Source: Eledone cirrhosa (Eukaryota). From it: DNA of 64,000 bases. Numbering within the stretch: position 1 is the first letter of the stretch; the number at the start of each line of letters is the position of its first letter. A program made the position numbers and the translations under genes. The notes beneath the pieces are model-generated. The model searched no databases. It saw nothing but the letters and a program-made list of their open reading frames with translations, and had not been told where the DNA came from. The stretch covers positions 304,792,001 through 304,856,000 of the forward strand of contig OZ024740.1 in the NCBI GenBank assembly GCA_964016885.1, in the 5' to 3' direction. Positions 57,202 through 64,000 of this stretch are shown here, piece after piece.

Positions 57202-57290
57202 ATCTATATTAAAACTCTTATACTCTGCTATGTATTGAGTACCTTACTTACTGTGGTTACCTCCGATTCAACCCGGAATAACGTATATAG

Positions 57291-57329
<39 letters not shown>

Positions 57330-57335
57330 CATATG

Positions 57336-57951
<616 letters not shown>

Positions 57952-57974
57952 TATACATATATATATATATATAC

Positions 57975-58063
<89 letters not shown>

Positions 58064-58067
<4 letters not shown>

Positions 58068-58185
58068 AAGGCGTGTGGCTGAGTGGTTAGAGAATTGGAT
58101 TCGCAATCGTAAGGTTGTGAGTTCGATTCCTGGACCAGGCAATGCGTTATGTCCTTGGGCAAGACACTTTATTTCACGTTGCTCC
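58064..58185 (+). mobile_element. tRNA-derived SINE (family 2), 5' part
   Basis: A box TGGCTGAGTGG and B box GAGTTCGATTCC, followed by gtccttgggcaagacacttta; no tRNA acceptor stem. Confidence 0.8.
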
Positions 58186-58298
58186 TTCTACCTGGAGTTG
58201 CGACCGATAGATAGTATTAGCAATTGGAAAGACCAACGGAAACATTGTTCCCTCGGTCCGATTTGACGAAAGTTGATCGTTCCTATGTATATATATAT

Positions 58299-58510
58299 AT
58301 ACATAATATAAGATCAAAAGATGGTTAAAGGAGTTGATTTGTTGATTTAAAACTGCACTATCCACAAGTGTTTTTTAGCCTTCATATCATGTTCTCCTGT
58401 TTTATCTGATGAAAACACAAATATTATTGCATGATGATGTTTGTTTTTGAAATGCGCATAATAAAATACATGGAACTCCTTTAACCATCTTTTGATCTTA
58501 TATTATGTAT
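58299..58510 (+). mobile_element. Second copy of the 47.2-kb hammerhead fold-back family
   Basis: 37-bp inverted ends (58299-58335 / 58474-58510); body ~95% like 47253-47380 by eye. Confidence 0.8.
58398..58468 (+). ncRNA. Minimal type I hammerhead ribozyme
   Basis: tgttttat-CUGAUGA-stem II-GAAA-ugcgca-UA-ataaaata; the differences from the 47.3-kb copy become G-U wobbles. Confidence 0.82.
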
Positions 58511-58589
58511 ACTCCAGTCCTACAAACTGTAGAGTGCTTCTTATCCGATATCTGCATTGCTTTATTGTACTACAATAAAACTCACCTCC

Positions 58590-61384
<2,795 letters not shown>

Positions 61385-61385
<1 letters not shown>

Positions 61386-61945
61386 CAGCTGTATAAAAAT
61401 GTGCAGGGCAATAAAAATAGACGGTAGCCACGGAGTAGGCAGACCCAGAAAAACCTGGGACGACTTGATAAATTCCGACCTCACACACTTACACCTCTCC
61501 AAGACAATGTCACTGAGATCTTTGACGCTACACAGTAATAGAGAAGACCCCCCCTTACCTAAATACAAAGTAAAACCTACTACAGTCAGTAGGCACCTCT
61601 AACAAAATACACCCTCGTCCCACTATCCCCACCCCATCCACACCGCCCCTTTCAATGTAAAGTTATGTTGGTACCACAACATCCAGGCCGAAACAAATGA
61701 GGTCGTGTAGGTGTCACGATAAAAAAAACACACAGTGCACACTGTAATGTGGCCGTGTAGGTAACACGGTAAAAACCTCCCAGTTCCACACTGTAAATGT
61801 GGTTGGTGTTAGGAAGGGCATCCAGCCGTAGAAAACCCACCAGACAATCCTATGCGAGCAAGACAACCACTCTTGCCTCAAGTGGGAAAACTCCCGTCCA
61901 TACCCATGCAAGCGTGGAATATGGACGTTAAACGATGATGATGAT
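61385..61945 (+). mobile_element. RTE family A, 3' fragment
   Basis: [24 protein letters not shown], 3' UTR and (GAT)n tail. Confidence 0.92.
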
Positions 61946-62258
61946 ATATATATTATATATATATATATATTATATTATATATACATATATATTATATATA
62001 TATGTGTATATGCATTTCTTCTAACTTTAATTTTATACCTAATTGTGTATGGTTGACGGTATATTTAATCGATTTCCACGTGCTGTTGAAATGTTGGGTA
62101 AACAATCTCTGGCGGTTGGCCGCGAAGAGATTGCTGTCATTTATTTATCTACATATTCTAATTGGGAGAGGAAATGGTGTATATATATTATCAAATGATT
62201 CTATGGACATACTTTATATTATATATATATATATATATATATATTAAATATATATACA

Positions 62259-62304
<46 letters not shown>

Positions 62305-62350
62305 TATATATACATATATTATATATATACACACACACACATTTTATACA

Positions 62351-63530
62351 TATTGGATTGAAACATAAATTCCCGCCGTTGTTATAATTTGTTTGTTTTC
62401 ACTCTATTTTTTCCTGTTTGGCTTAGTGAATATAGTCATAATTTGTTGGAATAATTTGTTTAAACAACTTTATTTTACTTTTTTTTTTGTAGCATTTGAA
62501 ATGAAAATTTCGGGTGGCAGAAAAACCCATTTTCAACACTTGCTTTATTTCGCTTTTCGGCGTAATCAAAAAGCCGCCAAAGCAGCTCGGGATATTTGCG
62601 CCGTTTACGGAGAGGATGCTATAGCTGCGAGGACTGCTCGAGATTGGTTTGCCAAGTTCAAAAATGGCAACTTCGAACTAGATGACGCACCTCGCTCTGG
62701 ACGACCTACCGAGTTCGACCAAGACCATTTGGAGGCGCTTTTGAAAGAAGACAGTCGCCAAACATGCAGAGAATTGGCCGAGAAGATGAACAGCAATGCC
62801 ACCTTCAATCAATTGGTTTTACTCAAAAACTTGGAGCTTGGGTGCCACACGAGCTTACCGGGGGAAAAAAAAAAATTATACAGTATTGTCACGGGAGATG
62901 AGAAATGGTGTCTCTACATCAAAATGAAGCAAAGGAAGGAGTGGGTGGCTTCAGGAGACACGCCAAAGCTGAGAGTTAAGAAAGACCTCCATCCCAAAAA
63001 GACCATGATCTGCGTTTGGTGGGACTGGGAGGGTCTTGTGCACTGGGAGATGCTTGAGAAAAACAAAATGGTCGACAAGAATCTCTACATAGCCCAATTG
63101 CATCGTGTAAATGAGGCTATCCAACAGAAAAGACCCTATTGACAAGACCAAGTCATCCTGCTCCACGACAACTCCAGGCCCCAGCTTTCAAACATTGTCA
63201 AAGCTACCCTCCAAGAGATTGATTGGGAGGTTCTTCAGCACCCACTGTATTCTCCGGATCTTGCACCAACTGACTATCATCTTTTCCGCTCATTGTCAAA
63301 CCAAATGAGGGGCGTAACCTTCGACAATGACGAGGACCTTGCAAATTGGCTTAATAACTTCTTCCAGTCCAGGTCTGGCGATTTCTGGCGAAATGGCATC
63401 AATACATTGGTCGATAGGTGGGAACAGGTCATAAACAATGACGAAGAATACATACTTGACTAATTTGTTGTTATTATTATTATTTTCAATAAAACTTCTT
63501 AATAAAAAAAAAACGGCAGGGAATTTGTGT
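62351..63530 (+). mobile_element. Mariner (DD34D) transposon, defective
   Basis: TIR remnants cataaattcccgccgtt / aacggcagggaatttgtg flanking a transposase remnant. Confidence 0.9.
62501..63463 (+). pseudogene. Mariner transposase pseudogene
   Basis: N-terminal HTH, IVTGDEKW, LHDNSRP...HPLYSPDLAPTDY with 34 residues between the 2nd and 3rd Asp; has a deletion and frameshifts. Confidence 0.9.
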
Positions 63531-64000
63531 GTGTGAGTATGAATATATTTACATATGCACACACATATACAAGGTATTCATGAATACATATGTATACATA
63601 CATACAACCTCACACAGCCATACAAACACACACACATAAACAGTTGTGTAATTAAGGAACAGTATTTTTCTTAAATTAAAAACATTATTGAATTGAAGTT
63701 TCATCATTTGCATCAAGGATTTTTACATATTTCCTTGATTTTATACTTTTAGTTTAATATTCTTAAATCCATCAGTCTATCAATGTTTTCAGACTTTCAC
63801 AGCACCATCTCCAGAATAAGAATGTATGTAGCAGGGGCATGCTTTGCAGTGGCTGCAAAGGATTATCGGGGTACGAGCAAAATCTTCAATGTTGGGTTTA
63901 AGGAATATTCAAAAGTTAAACACCTGGTAGTTTTCATAATTAATTTCATGTATGGTGGATCATCATCAAAAGCATTTTCCAGGCTTACATGTGTGCGTGT

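Larger units (their letters stand above)
56172..57285. mobile_element. Nested inverted duplication of a hammerhead-bearing Penelope-like fragment around a (TA)-rich core
   Basis: 56172-56400 is almost the reverse complement of 57080-57285, and each half is itself a fold-back. Confidence 0.8.

Noticed and set aside
58064-58140. tRNA gene
   Set aside because: Has A/B boxes but no acceptor stem, and continues into a SINE body shared with 25690-25908
62393-63142. Intact or domesticated (SETMAR-like) transposase
   Set aside because: Internal deletion and frameshifts, no SET domain and a damaged right TIR

Overview
This is repeat-saturated, AT-rich eukaryotic DNA with no host protein-coding gene I can support. 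The SINE and RTE content resembles a cephalopod (octopod) genome, which is an inference. The window holds about 15 truncated copies of two young RTE-clade LINE families (RT plus PHD-type finger, (GAT)n tails), older RTE/CR1 remnants, a Gypsy-like LTR remnant, two mariner fossils, non-autonomous Helitrons, tRNA-derived SINEs, a 27-bp minisatellite, a ~1 kb degenerate (CCCTAA)n tract and over 10 kb of (TA)n-based arrays. All long Y/I-rich ORFs in the ORF track are microsatellite artefacts. Two signals stand out. (1) At least five sequence-distinct families of short elements carry type I hammerhead ribozyme folds. Most have the inverted-3'-end plus 5'-truncated-copy layout of Penelope-like elements and sit in or next to (TA)n. 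One is a tandem 319-nt retrozyme-like unit with a U3-A8 core. (2) One RTE copy has about 21 sense-strand A-to-G differences from its sister copy in its 5'-most ~160 nt, which looks like ADAR hyper-editing fixed by retrotransposition. All folds and alignments were done by eye and need computational confirmation.
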